Positions 39,352 through 53,188 of a DNA stretch of 64,000 nucleotides are shown piece by piece; the first letter of the stretch is position 1, and every line of letters starts with the position of its first letter. The DNA lies in assembly GCA_951406725.2 (NCBI GenBank), contig OX597830.1, positions 56,358,001-56,422,000 on the forward strand, written 5' to 3'. Under the pieces are notes generated by a model. It made no database searches. It saw nothing but the letters and a program-made list of their open reading frames with translations, and had not been told where the DNA came from. The position numbers and the translations under genes were made by a program. This DNA is from Octopus vulgaris (Eukaryota).

Positions 39352-39680
39352 GTAGTTAGTTAGTTAGTTAATTTGGCTCAAAAGCAAATAGCAAGGCCAT
39401 GTAGGGGGACATGGAGTTAAGTACAGGGTGGTGTTCATGTAAAGAGTTCAGGCCACTTGAGGTCCAGGGAGGCTTTGAACAAAGCGGTCGTCGGCATCTT
39501 CACCATCTCATCTGGCAGCTTGTTCCACGGATCCGCAACCCGGACGGAGAAAGCTCCTCTCCTTCGATTGAGATGAAATCGTCGCAGGTAGAGCTTTTCG
39601 GAATGACCCCGCAGCCGACGCTCTGGAGCAGGAGTGAAGAACAGCTCTTTCGAGAGGTTACACTTTCCGCTTATGATGTT
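39352..39680 (-). mobile_element. CR1-like LINE 3' end with (AACT)n tail
   Basis: LRGHSEKL...AFSVRVADPWNKLPDEMV..LFKASLD. Confidence 0.85.
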
Positions 39681-40139
39681 GTGATAATAATAATAATAAT
39701 AAAAGTAATAATAGTTTCAAATTTTGTCCACAAGAGCAGCTTGGGTGAGGTGGGGGAGATGAGTTGATGACATCGACTCCATTGTTCAACTGGTACTTAT
39801 TTTATCAACCTCAAAAGGATGAAAGGCAAAGTCAACAGAATTTGAACTCAGAATGTAGTGATGAGTGACATTTCGTCCAGTGTGCTAACAATTCTGCCAG
39901 CTTGCTGCCTTAATAATAATGATAATGATAATAATAATTCCAAATTTCAGCACAAGGTCAGCAACTCAACTGGTACTTATTTCATTGACCCCAAAAGGAT
40001 AAAAGGCAAAGTTGAGCTTGGTAGAATTTGAACTCAGAATGTAGAGATGAATGAAATGCCACTAAGCTTTTTGCCTGGTGTGCTAACAACTCTACCAGCT
40101 CACAATAATAATAATAATAATAGTAATAATAATAATAAT

Positions 40140-40740
40140 GTTTTTTTATTAACCACTAAAGGTTCGCAAAAACATTGGGGACAGTATGGGGTTACATAAA
40201 AGGTGTATAAAAAATAAAACACTAACAATATAAAATTACAACAATGAATAATTCCCCAAAAGAGGGAGACTTCCTAGAGCTGCTCATGGAGACCCTACAA
40301 AAACCACAGTCACTCTGACTACTAGGGCAAGTGCTCTCTTCATATTGTCCCTCTTCATCTTACAGGTACATGTTTAGCGTAGGCTCTTTCACTCAGATCA
40401 TTCTTGCAACATTCGCCCACCTTTTAAAATTGCTAGGAGACAGCACTTCTCTCTTGACCCTCACTTTCCTTAATGAGGGCTTGGTCAAAAAAGAAAGTAT
40501 TTGTTTTCAGCCATTTTCAATCTGGTTCAACACATTTTTGCTAAAGCTATCATGCAAAGAAAGACAGCCTTCCCTTCCCAGCCAAAAGAAGGTAGCCAGG
40601 ACTATCTACACAATGGATTCAGCTGACAGCTGGATCCATCCTACCTGCAACAATAGGTGTTTGACATAAGCCCACAAGTCAGAAATACATGAGCACTGGA
40701 TGAGGGCATGCAGAGCAGTTTCATTGCACCTGCTTGCGAA
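40140..40740 (-). mobile_element. Tx1/L1-like LINE 3' fragment
   Basis: Zinc-knuckle-like CNETALHALIQC..LWAYVKHLL followed by a 3' tail. Confidence 0.6.
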
Positions 40741-41290
40741 AACCTGTTGAGGCAACTGAAATCAAAATCACATTCGATGACTGGCATCTATGCTAGCGGG
40801 GTGCAAAGAGCACCACACGAGCATGATCATTGACAGAGTGGCTAACCAGCTTCTGTGCTAGTGGGACATAAAAGGCACCATTCGAGTGTGATTGTTACCA
40901 GCATCGTCTTACTGGCATTTGTGCCCGTGCTAGTAGGGTGCCAGAGCAGCCAACTGGCTTCCATGCCGGTGGCACATAAAAGGGCACCATTTGAGCATGA
41001 TCGTTACCAATGTCGCCTTACTGGCACCTGTGTTGGTGGCATTTGTAAAAAAGATTCGAGCGAGGTCATTGCCAGTACCGCCTGACTGGTGCCCATGCCA
41101 GTGGCATGTAAAAGCACCCACTACACTCTCAGAGGGGTTGGCGTTAGGAAGGGCATCCAGCTGTAGAAACTCTGCCAAATCAAGATTGGAGCCTGGTGCA
41201 GCCATCTGGTTCACCAGCCCTCAGTCAAAATCGTCCAACCCATGCTAGCATGGAAAGTGGACGTTAAACGATGATGATGATGATGATGAT
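40740..41290 (+). mobile_element. SINE family A, long variant
   Basis: Consensus match plus (GAT)n. Confidence 0.85.
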
Positions 41291-41700
41291 GTGCTGATGC
41301 AATACCAGGTAGTGGATCTCATGTCCTCTGATATAAACTGATTGGAAACATTACCATGTACATGTTTTGTCTTAGTGTAAAAGACAGGCAACTGCAAATG
41401 TTCTGCTAAATTCCGCAGATTTACTTGTCAGTTGCTTGACCTGAACTTGTTGAGCATGTCCCTTAGTGGTCGATAATACATGTAACTCTGATCACAAGCT
41501 AGAGTAGTGGGGGAGCATCACAATCATGTGTTGAGAGGAATTCTTTAGAGTTTGAAAAATTCACTTCCAAAAACATGTGTGTTTAATTCATCATCCTTAA
41601 ATAACCCTTATTCAGGGACCTTTTGAGTGAGATAGCCTACTTGACTGAAGAAAATTCTAACTGGGCCTCACCTGCAAGATCATGCACTATTTATCTTGGT

Positions 41701-42754
41701 ATCAGATCACTATGCTGTGCTCATATGGTTATGATGCATATGCATGGTGTACCCTTATCAGATGGGTAGTCATGATGGGTATACTGGGCTTCATATATTT
41801 TTTGATATCAGATCACTATGCTGTGCTCATATGGTTATGATGCATATGCATGGTGTACCCTTATCAGATGGGTAGTCATGATGGGTATACTGGGCTTCAT
41901 ATATTTTTTGATATCAGATCACTATGCTGTGCTCATATGGTTATGATGCATATGCATGGTGTACCCTTATCAGATGGGTAGTCATGATGGGTATACTGGG
42001 CTTCATATATTTTTTGATATCAGATCACTATGCTGTGCTCATATGGTTATGATGCATATGCCTGGTGTACCCTCATCAGATGGGTAGTCATGATGGGTAT
42101 ACTGGGCTTCATATATTTTTTGATATCAGATCACTATGCTGTGCTCATATGGTTATGATGGCATATGCCTGGTGTACCCTCATCAGATGGGTAGTCATGA
42201 TGGGTATACTGGGCTTCATATATTTTTTGATATCAGATCACTATGCTGTGCTCATATGGTTATGATGTATATGCCTGGTGTACCCTCATCAGATGGGTAG
42301 TCATGATGGGTATACTGGGCTTCATATATTTTTTGATATCAGATCACTATGCTGTGCTCATATGGTTATGATGCATATGCCTGGTGTACCCTCATCAGAT
42401 GGGTAGTCATGATGGGTATACTGGGCTTCATATATTTTTTGATATCAGATCACTATGCTGTGCTCATATGGTTATGATGCATATGCCTGGTGTACCCTCA
42501 TCAGATGGGTAGTCATGATGGGTATACTGGGCTTCATATATTTTTTGATATCAGATCACTATGCTGTGCTCATATGGTTATGATGCATATGCCTGGTGTA
42601 CCCTCATCAGATGGGTAGTCATGATGGGTATACTGGGCTTCATATATTTTTTGATATCAGATCACTATGCTGTGCTCATATGGTTATGATGCATATGCAT
42701 GGTGTACCCTTATCAGATGGGTAGTCATGATGGGTATACTGGGCTTCATATATT
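41701..42754. repeat. 106-bp tandem array, 10 units
   Basis: Unit starts 41701, 41807, 41913, 42019, 42125, 42232, 42338, 42444, 42550, 42656. Confidence 0.97.
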
Positions 42755-42859
42755 TGTACCCTAATGTCATTCTGATGGCATGTGCTGCTCTCTCACTCAA
42801 CCAAGCAGTGACTCTCATCGCTTCTGATCTTAACTGATTGGAAGCATTACCATGAGATG

Positions 42860-43165
42860 GGGTGTTTCTCCAGGTAGAACTTCTACTTCTCCACATTGAG
42901 AGGATACAGTACCAGTACTACAGACATGTGATTAGAATGTTGCAGGGAAGGAGTGCAAGGCAAATTCTTCAAACCAAGCCAATAGGCAGAAGACCTAGGG
43001 GTAAACCAAGAACAAAATGGGAGGATAATATCCATAGTCTGTTGGTTATACTAGGGAATCTAGCTGGAAAGTTTAATGACTGTTGCTTCTGATTAGAGGA
43101 GGTACCTGAAGACTCTACTTCCATGACCCTTCCAGGAATAATGGGTAGAGACAACGGATGAGAAA
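42860..43165 (+). mobile_element. RTE LINE 3' fragment
   Basis: IERIQYQYYRHVIRM...GRRPRGKPRTKWEDNI. Confidence 0.75.
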
Positions 43166-43611
43166 TAGATGGACGGATTTTAATGTAAACATATGTGTGT
43201 GCATCTATGTACATGTGTGTGTATGTGTGTGCACGTGTTGCATAGGCATGTGTGTTTGTGTATGCATGTGTGTCTATGTGTGTCCTTCACCAACACCTGA
43301 CAACCAGTGTTGGTTTGTTCATGACTCCCATAACTTAGTGGCTCAGCAAAAGGGGATGATAGTACCAAGGTTTAAAAAAAAAAGGTGATGCCCCAGCAAT
43401 TGTTGCAGTCTGATGATGTAAACAAGTAAAAGATAAAAGATATAATAATTATTCCAATGTAAATAAGACTATAACTATTCATTTTATATATATGTATGTG
43501 TATATATATATATATATATATAGGGAGAGTTCACGAAAAAACAAAAGACGAAGACAGGTGGTGTGCAAAATAAACAGAGGTATTAGTATAATGCTCAGGA
43601 ATTGAAAAAGT

Positions 43612-43647
43612 CTTTTATGTTTCGAGGCTATGCTCTTCTACGGAAAG
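43612..43647 (-). ncRNA. Hammerhead-like motif, variant core CCGUAGA (same family as 7147)
   Basis: cttt-CCGTAGA-a-gagc atag cctc-GAAA-ca-UA-aaag. Confidence 0.55.
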
Positions 43648-44408
43648 GGACACAGAAAAAAACAAGGAGAGAAAAAAAATGTGTGTAGTGGCTACCGATC
43701 TATCATGGCGACTGCCGGACAGAAGGGTTACACAGTAGGGGAGATTACAAAGTAAAGATGACCCCCCACAACGAAGGTGCATGCGTGTATAAGAGAATAC
43801 GTGTGTGCATGTGAAAGAGGGCTGGTGGTTTTGACGTGTGCATGTGTGTATGTGCAGGTGTGAAAATGTGGGGGAGGCGAGAGTGGGGAAAGCACCGGTG
43901 GGTGTGGGTTAGGCTGAGGGTTGGGGTATGTGGTTAGGCAGAGGGTGGGGGCAGAGGTGTTGTATGTGGGAGAGGGTGTAAGGGATGGGATGAGGTGGGA
44001 TGGGATATATATACAGTGAACAGAACAATGTCATCAAATCTTGATGATGGTCTTAACGAAAGTCCAACTCAACCTTTACTCTTTCTTCCCCTAGTCGTTA
44101 AGCCTAATGATTTAAATACAGGGTAGATTTTCATGGAGATAGTTAAAAATGTCTTTTCTTATTAAATACGTGACTGTAACATATGACTTTGCTCTGCGTG
44201 ACAATGTCACAGGTTGCGAATATCTCTCTGAGAAATCATTACTCCAACCAATAAGACACTCCCACAGGATAAAGATGAATTTACAAGCATCAATGAATAG
44301 GTGGAAAATTTCGATTCAAACAGAATTGATTAATTTCTAGAACAAAGAAGAGTTTAAAAAAACCCACAAAAAAGTCATTTGTTACAAAAATGCTTGTAGG
44401 GGCATTAA

Positions 44409-44629
44409 CCCTTTCGTTACCATATTTATTTTGAGATGCTTTGTGTTTCTTTCAATTACTTTAAATATAACAAAGAATTTAGTAAAATAACTTGGCTATC
44501 ATTAAGCTAGTGTTAGGAATATAAATTGCAACTAATGTTTGGTGGTATATTTTGATGCAAAACTTATGAAAACAAGACATTTGTACTACAGAACCAGAGC
44601 CGGTTTTGGCCGGGTTAGCAATGAAAGGG
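44409..44629. mobile_element. piggyBac-type MITE
   Basis: TTAA TSD, TIR ccctttcgttacc; second copy at 59873. Confidence 0.9.
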
Positions 44630-45902
44630 TTAAGGACTAGAGCCTTATGGGTATAATGAAAGGGAGAGAGAGAGAGAGTGAAAGATGTGTCAGTAGTTGA
44701 GTGTGAAATGGGGAATTATAACAGTCCAAACATAAAAAGATAAAAGTAGCAGGTAACATTCTAGTAATAGTAATTAAAATTTTATTGTTGATATTTGTAT
44801 GACAGTGTGTGTGTATGTGTGGGGGGGGGAGGGCATGTGTGTGTGAAAATGTGTGCATCTGTGCATGCCTGTGTGTATGTGTGTGTGTGTGTGTGTGTGT
44901 AAATGATTGTTTCTGTGACAAGTGACATACAGAAAGAATTTAACAATATACAACAGGAGTCCCCCGCCCCACCCCTGGTACACCTTTCTTCAATAGTTAC
45001 ACGGTTGACAGATACAGCTGTGTGGTTAAGAAGCTAGCTTTTTGCAGTCACGTGGTTCAATCCCCCCTTTTTTGGCATCTTGGACAAGTATCTCCAAATA
45101 TAACCCTTAGCCAACCAGTGCCTTCAAAGAGAATTTGTTGGACAGAAACTGGGTAGCAGTCTCTCATGTGTGTGTGTGTGTGTGTGTGTGAATATATATA
45201 TATATATATATATAATAAAATATTAGGGAATAAATCCCAACTTACAGGGAAAAATCAGATTTAGGATTAAATCCAATTTTATAGTATAAATATATTATAT
45301 TATATTATATTAAATTAGAGATAAAACCACTATTAGGCAAATCAAACAATGAAAAACATAAGCCAATACATAAAATTAATTAATTTATATTATTTTAAAT
45401 ATATATCAAAAGTATTAAAAGTTTAATAAAAGATAATACATATATATTATCATCATTTAATGTCCGTTTTCCATGCTGACATGAGTTGTCCGGTTTGACC
45501 AAACCTAGCCGGCTGAAGAGCTGCCCAGGCTCCATAATTTGTTTTGGCATGGTTTCTATGGCTGAATGCTCTTCCTAACGCTAACCACTTCACAAAGTGT
45601 GCTGGGTGCTTTTACGCAGCACTGACACTGGTGTGTTTATGAGATACTGGTACAGGTACTTTTTACATGGAACCAGTAGCCACAAGCCCTCAAGATTAGG
45701 AATGCTCAGCTAGAAAGGGATGTAGGGAGCAAGCCTATAAGGAAGGAAAACTATGCTTTTACTTATTGTGACATGTTTTCTCAAGTAGAGCCAACTGCCA
45801 GGAATCTCAGTTTCCTCTCATCCCCTCTGTGAGTCCCAATATCTGTAGATCCTTTCTCAACACTTTGTCCCCACATCTTACTTTGACTACTCCTTATGTA
45901 TG

Positions 45903-45944
<42 letters not shown>

Positions 45945-46078
45945 TGTACGTATATGTGTGTGTATATATGTATATATATAAAATCACACACATGTATATG
46001 TATATATGTATCTATATATGTATATATATGTGTGTATGTGCATATATATATATGTGTGTATGTATGTATATATATATA

Positions 46079-46120
<42 letters not shown>

Positions 46121-46154
46121 TATATACACACATGTATGTATGTATGTATGTCTT

Positions 46155-46505
46155 AAGGCTGTATCATGCGCGGGGACATAGAAATAATCGGACTGAATAC
46201 CCGATCGCACGGTTAAACCATTGGGAGTGAAGGACTCCTAGCCTTTGTCAGGGCATCCTTCTAGGAGAAGGTAACTCAGGTAACTGGGATAACTCCGACA
46301 TAAAACCTGCGGCTCAGTGGTTACCGATGATTTTGACTTGTTCTTCTTTTCGGATTATGGCTGCTGTTGCTTAGTGAGTGGGATTGACTCAGTGCACAGC
46401 CTTTCCTCACTTAAAAAAAAATCTTCTTGCACAGGCATTGCACGATAACAACATTGATTATGATTCGTGCAATGGCCATACTCGATAACGAGGGGGCAGC
46501 CACCA
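46155..46505 (+). mobile_element. RTE-type LINE 5'-UTR-like fragment
   Basis: CpG-rich island between TA tracts with gggcatccttctaggagaaggtaactc...aaacc motif. Confidence 0.4.
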
Positions 46506-47335
46506 TGTATGTATATATATATGTATATATATGTATGCATGTACATATATGTGTATGTGTGTGTGTGTGTGTGTGTTTGTATGCATGTATGTGTGTTTTT
46601 TTCTCTTACTTCATTAATATATGTTTCAGCCCTAAGGCTTTAGCCATTCTGGATCACTGCCAGTGTAGTCACCTTTACAGTGGCCATTTTTATGCAACTG
46701 GCTTTTGGTGAAGGAGAGAGTTCAACACAGCTGCCCTATTTTGAGTTTCTTGCTATGATATAGGTTCATCAGGGACCATGACTTGTTACAGTTACAGTCC
46801 TATAACTGAAACAAATAAAAGATAGAAAGGAAGATCATTCTACAGCTTCTTTCCATGCTGGCATGAGTTAGATGACTTAGCAATAACCTGAGCCTGTTTT
46901 GTTCAGAATTACTGCACTTTAAGACAGGTTGGAGGATCATACCTTCTTCGTTTGTTTTGTTTATGTTTGGTTTCTATTGATCAAATTCGACTTGAGAAAT
47001 AAACAGCAATAAAATGTGGTGGGCATGACTGGAACACTTTTAATCAACGCTGAGCTGAGAAATAAACAGCAATAAAATGTAGTGGAATCATTCACCAACA
47101 AACACCTGTTGTTACTGTGTAGATTGGTTTCAATAGATATTCTCAACAAGCTGATCAATTACTTTATCAATAAGACACAAATTCTTTTTTCACAGCCAAT
47201 TTTCTCATTACATCATGCTTAACTATCTCTATAGTTAAAACTGCTGGTTTTATGATCTAATCTTTTACAGTCTGCTTGTTGTCTCTTGGTCCATCTATCA
47301 ATATATCCATCCATCTAGTCAGCCACAAGGATATA

Positions 47336-47371
<36 letters not shown>

Positions 47372-47694
47372 CATACATATATATACATATACATATATAT
47401 ATATATACATACATATACATATATATATATATACATACATATACATATATGCATATATATATATACATACATATATATACATATATACATACACACTCAC
47501 ATATCCCTCTCTCTCTCTTTCGGAGAGGCACTGAGCAGCTATACGCACACATACACACATGGCAGTAACTTCCACCTACCGAATTCAATCACAAAGCTCC
47601 GGTCGGCTCGGGGCTATAGCGGAAGACACCCACCCAAAGTGACTCACATATATATATATATACATACACACACATATATATATACATACACATG

Positions 47695-48290
47695 CATATA
47701 TGGGCACAGGACGTCACCATTAGTAAACAACATGAAATACAAAGGCAAAAGAGTTTGATATGCAAACAGCACGACAAACAAATGGAAAACAGGGCAAGTA
47801 ACATAAAGAATGACCCTTCATCAGTTGTCGGCTGTCTATCTACTCCTCATTTCAAGCATTGAATGACAATGAGTCTTTGAAGACAGTTGCTCCCATAAGT
47901 ATCAAAATAAGATTTGGGATTTATGAGGGGTCAAAGTTGGGAACAGAAGCAGGACAGTGGAGACATACAAGGAAACTGAATGAAAACAAACATGGAAGGT
48001 CGTTAGACCAGAACGAGGGTAAAATAATGAATGCTGGAGAAATATTTTTATTGACAAGAGAAAAGATAGGATATGTGGTGTCCTGAAGACAGTCCTGAAA
48101 GAAAAGAAAGATGATCACATGAGGAAAAGAAAGATGGATGATGGTCACGTGTGAGAAACGAGAGAGAGAAATGGAGAAAAAGGTAGAGGGAGAGAGAGAC
48201 AAATAGAAAACTGTGAAGGGGAGGAAAAAAGGGAATCAAAGAAAGGATGAGAGAGAAAACAGTATAAAGTAAAGTCACATCAAAAAGATG
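47695..48290 (-). mobile_element. Penelope-like pLTR fragment (end repeated at 48395-48500)
   Basis: acaggacgtcacc end, CTGATGA motif, purine-rich tract; similar layout to the 16937 arms. Confidence 0.5.
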
Positions 48291-48355
48291 AAGATAAACT
48301 TACTTGGAAATGGATGCACAGCATTCAATCAAATCATAATATAAATAATATATAG

Positions 48356-48388
<33 letters not shown>

Positions 48389-48767
48389 TACACATGCATA
48401 TATGAGTACAGGACGTCACCAACAGTAAACAACATGAAATACGGAAGCAAATGAATACAATATGCAAAACAACGAGAGAAGCAAATGGAAAACAGGACAC
48501 ATACATACACATATACATGCATACACACACACATATATATGTGTATATTTGTTTTAAATGATTTAATTGATTGTATTTTAATTTCCTAGTAATGATATAT
48601 TATGGTTTGTTATTCTTTTCTTATATAAGTTAAAATTTTATTTTTATAGATATGATAAATATTTATACCTATTTATTCTATTTTTATTTACACCAGAATA
48701 TATTTAAGATATTTTGTATTTTACAAGATTATATACATTTATTTCATTATTTTATTGTTTTTATCTT

Positions 48768-48850
48768 TAACCTGAAGAGTGGCTATATTTAAATTGAATT
48801 GATTTTACTGTTAACAGTTCTTAAATATAGCCACGAAACATGTGTCGTCA
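48768..48850 (+). ncRNA. Type I hammerhead ribozyme, canonical core, 14-bp stem II
   Basis: CTGAAGA(48772-78), gtggctatatttaa/ttaaatatagccac, GAAA(48835-38), ACATGTGT, GUC. Confidence 0.85.
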
Positions 48851-49221
48851 TTTTACCAATTATATACGTTTTATTTATTATTTTGTACATTACTTAATCA
48901 TTGGTATAAGTTTTTATCCTATATTTAATTTTTTTTCTATAAGATGTAATTTTTTTCAAAATGGTATAATTTAGTTTTTTCATTGTTGAATTGATAAAAA
49001 GTGGTTTTCTTCTAATTTTTATATATATATATATATCTACAAATTGAGATAGGGGTTGTAAATGCAACCCTCCATGGGATAACATATATCCAATATACTG
49101 CTAGTGAAGTACCCAACAAAGTTAATACATAAATGTTAAGGATTGCGATGCATACTTCGGATCCTAATGTAAGCGTTATTAATAATATTATGAATGATAA
49201 TAATGATAACATTAATGGTAT

Positions 49222-49396
49222 TGACAACGATAATGATGCTAATTTAATGACACTTTGAAAATTAGTAGGAAGTAATATAATGTACTATTGACTATGTATA
49301 TTTGCATCTGACAACGATAATGATGCTAACTTTAATAACACTTTGGAAATTAGTAGGAAGTAATATAATGTACTATTGACTATGTATATTTGCATC
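49222..49396. repeat. About 87-bp tandem duplication (2 copies)
   Basis: tgacaacgataatgatgctaa...tatttgcatc twice. Confidence 0.9.
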
Positions 49397-49565
49397 TAGG
49401 TACTAATATGTGTATGTTTATTATCACAATATTAAGTTGAAGAACTGAAACATTGAATATGGAACGTATATATGTTTACTAATTTATATTATTTATTTAC
49501 ATTATTATGTATATGTATATTTTTATATGTATAGGAGTGTGAGTATTTGCACTCATATGTATATG

Positions 49566-49698
49566 TATATCTCCGAGGAGGCCTTATAATATTTTTGTAA
49601 ATGTCTCATTTATATCTAGATATTGACCTACCATAAAAGGCCAATATTGGTAAAATGAGACATACTTATCTACATGGCCAAAACAGCTGTAAGATGTA
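49566..49698 (+). ncRNA. Decayed hammerhead with about 100-nt structured stem II
   Basis: tatatct-CCGAGGA-ggcc...ggcc-AAAA-palindrome ACAGCTGT-A-agatgta. Confidence 0.6.
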
Positions 49699-50009
49699 AT
49701 CTATACTTATATTTATATTTACTTATATGTATATTCTCTTTTTTATATATATTCTACTTATTATACAACATCACTCTTTTATGTACACTGATTTGTTCTG
49801 CATTTTTATGTTTAACCCTACAGTCTCTTATGTGGTGGTTTAATAAAGTATGTGATTGAGTATTATCTGGTAATTGATATTTGATTTAGATGTATTTCTC
49901 CATTTTCTTATCTTGTATATATATATATATTATATTTTGTAAAATTTGATTTAGTATTTCTAAATTGAATCTTTCCCTGTAAGTTTGGAATAATTTTCCT
50001 TAATAATAT

Positions 50010-50043
<34 letters not shown>

Positions 50044-50279
50044 TTTACACACCTGACTGAGTTTTGTCTTAATACCAGTGAAAGAGCATAGTTTCTAGGG
50101 TAGAAACCAGCTCTTTTACATTGGTGAGAAATCTGAAAGATAAGCATCTCTCTCACCCCACCCTCTCTCTCTTCTTTTTCTTTCAAGTCAATCTAAGTCT
50201 TTCCAGTAGAGCAAAACTGAGTGGAAGCCTATTGGATAAACTTTATCTGTAATTTAAAGACGCAGTCAAATCACACTAT

Positions 50280-50975
50280 TTCTCTACCAATTTTACCCTT
50301 TGCCATTATTTTCTTGGTTGCTCTACCAGTTCTACCATCTACCACCAGCATTTTGTCTGTTGCTCTACCAATTCTACCATCCATCAGCACTTTGACTGCT
50401 GCTCTACCAGTTCTACCATCCACTACTATTTTGCCTGTTGCTCTACCAATTCTATCACCCACCACTATTTTGCCTGTTGCTCTACCAATTCTATCACCCA
50501 CCACTGTTTTGCCTGTTGCTCTACCAATTCTATCACCCACCACTGTTTTGCCTGTTGCTCTACCAATTCTATCATCCATCAGCACTTTGCCTGTTGCTCT
50601 ACCAATTCTACCATTAATCACTATTTGGCCAGTTTCTCTACCAATTCTACCAACCATCAACACTAGGCTTGTTTATCTACCAATCCTACCATTGACAGCC
50701 ATTTTGCCTATTGCTCTAGCAATTCTACCATCCACCAACATTTTGCCTGTTGTTCTACCAATTCTACCATTAATCACTGTTTTGCCTGTTACTCTACAAT
50801 CAATCAGCACTTTGCCCATTGCTCTACTAATTCTCCTATCAATCACCATTTTGCTTGAGGCTTTACAAATTTTATCCTCCACTATTTTGCCTGTTACTCT
50901 ACTAATTTTACCATCTACCAGCATTTTACCTGTTGTTCTACCAATTCTACCATCAACCACCGTTTTCCTTACTGT
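50280..50975. repeat. 39-bp minisatellite, about 18 diverged units
   Basis: Unit ttgcctgttgctctaccaattctatcacccaccactatt. Confidence 0.92.
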
Positions 50976-51099
50976 TTAAGCAGCTTTTCCACGTTCTATA
51001 TTTCCACAACATACATACCTGTACATGTGGAAATGTATACAAGTATATAATACTTGCATAAATTTCCACACAAACAAGTATATAATATTTATTTATTTA

Positions 51100-51322
51100 T
51101 TTATTGCCCACAGGGTGATAAACACAGAGGGGACAAACAAGGGCAGACAAAGGGATTAAGTCAATTACATCGATTCCAGTGTGTAACTGGTACTTATTTA
51201 ATCGACCCCGAAAGGATGAAAGGCAAAGTCGACCTCAGCGGAATTTGAACTCAGAACATAACGGCAGACAAAATACCGCTAAGCATTTTGCCCCAAGTGC
51301 TAATGATTCTGCCAGCTCGCTG
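51100..51322 (-). mobile_element. SINE family C
   Basis: Consensus match. Confidence 0.85.
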
Positions 51323-51764
51323 AAGATAAAGAAGTTTAAAAATAACAACAAAGGGGGGAGAGAGAGAGAGAGAAAGAGAAAGAGAGATAGATAGATAGAT
51401 TTATTTATTGGCCACACAGGGCTGAACACAGAAGGGACAAAATACAAAGTAGAGCTTTTGTTTTTCGGAAGAAGAGAAAGAAAAAAAATGGGTTGGATTC
51501 CGATCAAAAGGGATTGTAAAAAAAAAAAGTGGGGACGATCAATAGGGATCGTGTATCACAGAAATGTTAATGTAAAAAGGGAAAACAGATTAGGTTTGTC
51601 TGTGGATAGAAAACCTACGGAAAAGACCTCGGCAACCTAGGGCAATAGTGTCATGGAAACAGAAAACACATTACAGTAAGTGACTCCCTTTTTTACTTTC
51701 GTTTTTCTTTTTTTTTCTTTTTGGTTCATAGGATTATGCTCAAGATAGATAAATAGATAGATAA

Positions 51765-51828
<64 letters not shown>

Positions 51829-52276
51829 GGTTCTATTTAAAAAAACAAATTTTAAAAGAATTTATTCTTGATCAAAATGTCAAAATTCACTTTTGAGAGA
51901 AGAGTTTGTGGGGAAAATATCCTGGTCAGTGAAAAGGGTTTACTCTTTCCTCTGACTTCTGTTTTTATAATTAACCAGTGGAAGTAGTTGATGGGACATC
52001 GATTCCTGCATTTGGAGACCAAATACAGCAGCACTCCAAGCACACAAATGTTTACACTGAATATCTGTCTATTTAAGCATTCCTATGACAAACAGGCTAA
52101 AAACAGAAGAGAAAATCATGACAGATATTCTGTCATATTTTGCCTTGCTCTGATAGATTCTTTTAAAAGTAAGATCTGCTACATTTGTTGACTGATAGAA
52201 TTCAAAAAAAAAAATCTTATTGTTAATTATCTCAAAATTAATGTTTCATAGAATTTTGTATTGCATTTATTTATTA

Positions 52277-52673
52277 CTAGCAGTATCGCCCGGCGTTGCT
52301 CGGGTTTGTAAGGGAAATAACTATACAGCATTTTTAGAGAGTTATAGCCAAAAAATAGCAAAAAAATGCATTAAAAATGGGAATAAAATTAATGGTAAAT
52401 TTTTTTTTAAATCGTTGACTCATCGTAGACATTTTTAGAGAGTTACTTCCCTTATATAATAGCGAAAAAATGCATTAAAATGGAAAAAAATGATGGTAAA
52501 TTTTTTTTAAATTGTAGACTCATCGTAGATGCGCGCTAATACCCAGAAGGGCTCGATATGAATCACGACTATAAGAGACCCGGTTTTGGTTAAACTGCAC
52601 CGCAAAATGTGGGAGTAGTTAGGAATCTAAATCATAGGAGACAGACACACAACTTCACTTTTATATATAAAGA
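52277..52673 (-). mobile_element. Non-autonomous Helitron
   Basis: 5' TCTTTATATATA, 3' CTAG with hairpin cccggcgttgctcggg, internal duplication. Confidence 0.8.
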
Positions 52674-53188
52674 TTACATTTGTGTGCATTTTTAATTTTT
52701 TCTTTCGTGGAGTTAGTCTGTACTGAGAATAGTCAACACATATCTCTCCCTCTCTTTCTCTCAATCCTTCCTTCCTTCCTTCTTTCTTCCTGTCTGCTTA
52801 CCTACCCACCTACATTATATTATACCAGGTGTGGCAGCATGGTTAAGAAGCTTGCTTCTAAACCATGCAGTCAGAGGTTTAGTCCCACTGTGTGGCATCT
52901 TGGGAAAGTGTCTTCTATAATCTCAGGCCATTCACAGCCTTGTGAGTGGGTACCTACCTACCTACCTATCTATCTATCTATCTATTTATTGGTGTTTGCT
53001 AAATTTTTCTTGAGAACATTTCTTAATGGTAAGACCATAGCAGATCTACTTCTAGCATAAGGGCTGTCCACATAGTGGTCATCCTTCTCATATGTATATA
53101 ATACCTATCTATCTATCTATACACACACATACACATATTATGTGTGTGGGTGTATACGTATGTATATATGCATATTTGGATTAACTTT

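Noticed and set aside
41701-42754. CRISPR-like periodicity
   Set aside because: Units repeat in full with no unique spacers, and the context is eukaryotic.
46155-46270. Possible HDV-like ribozyme at an RTE 5' end
   Set aside because: I could not build the nested double pseudoknot by eye; an RNAMotif search would be needed.
46733-46776. Minus-strand CTGATGA..GAAA..TA motif with stem I gtcc/gggc
   Set aside because: Stems II and III are broken; a decayed relic at best.
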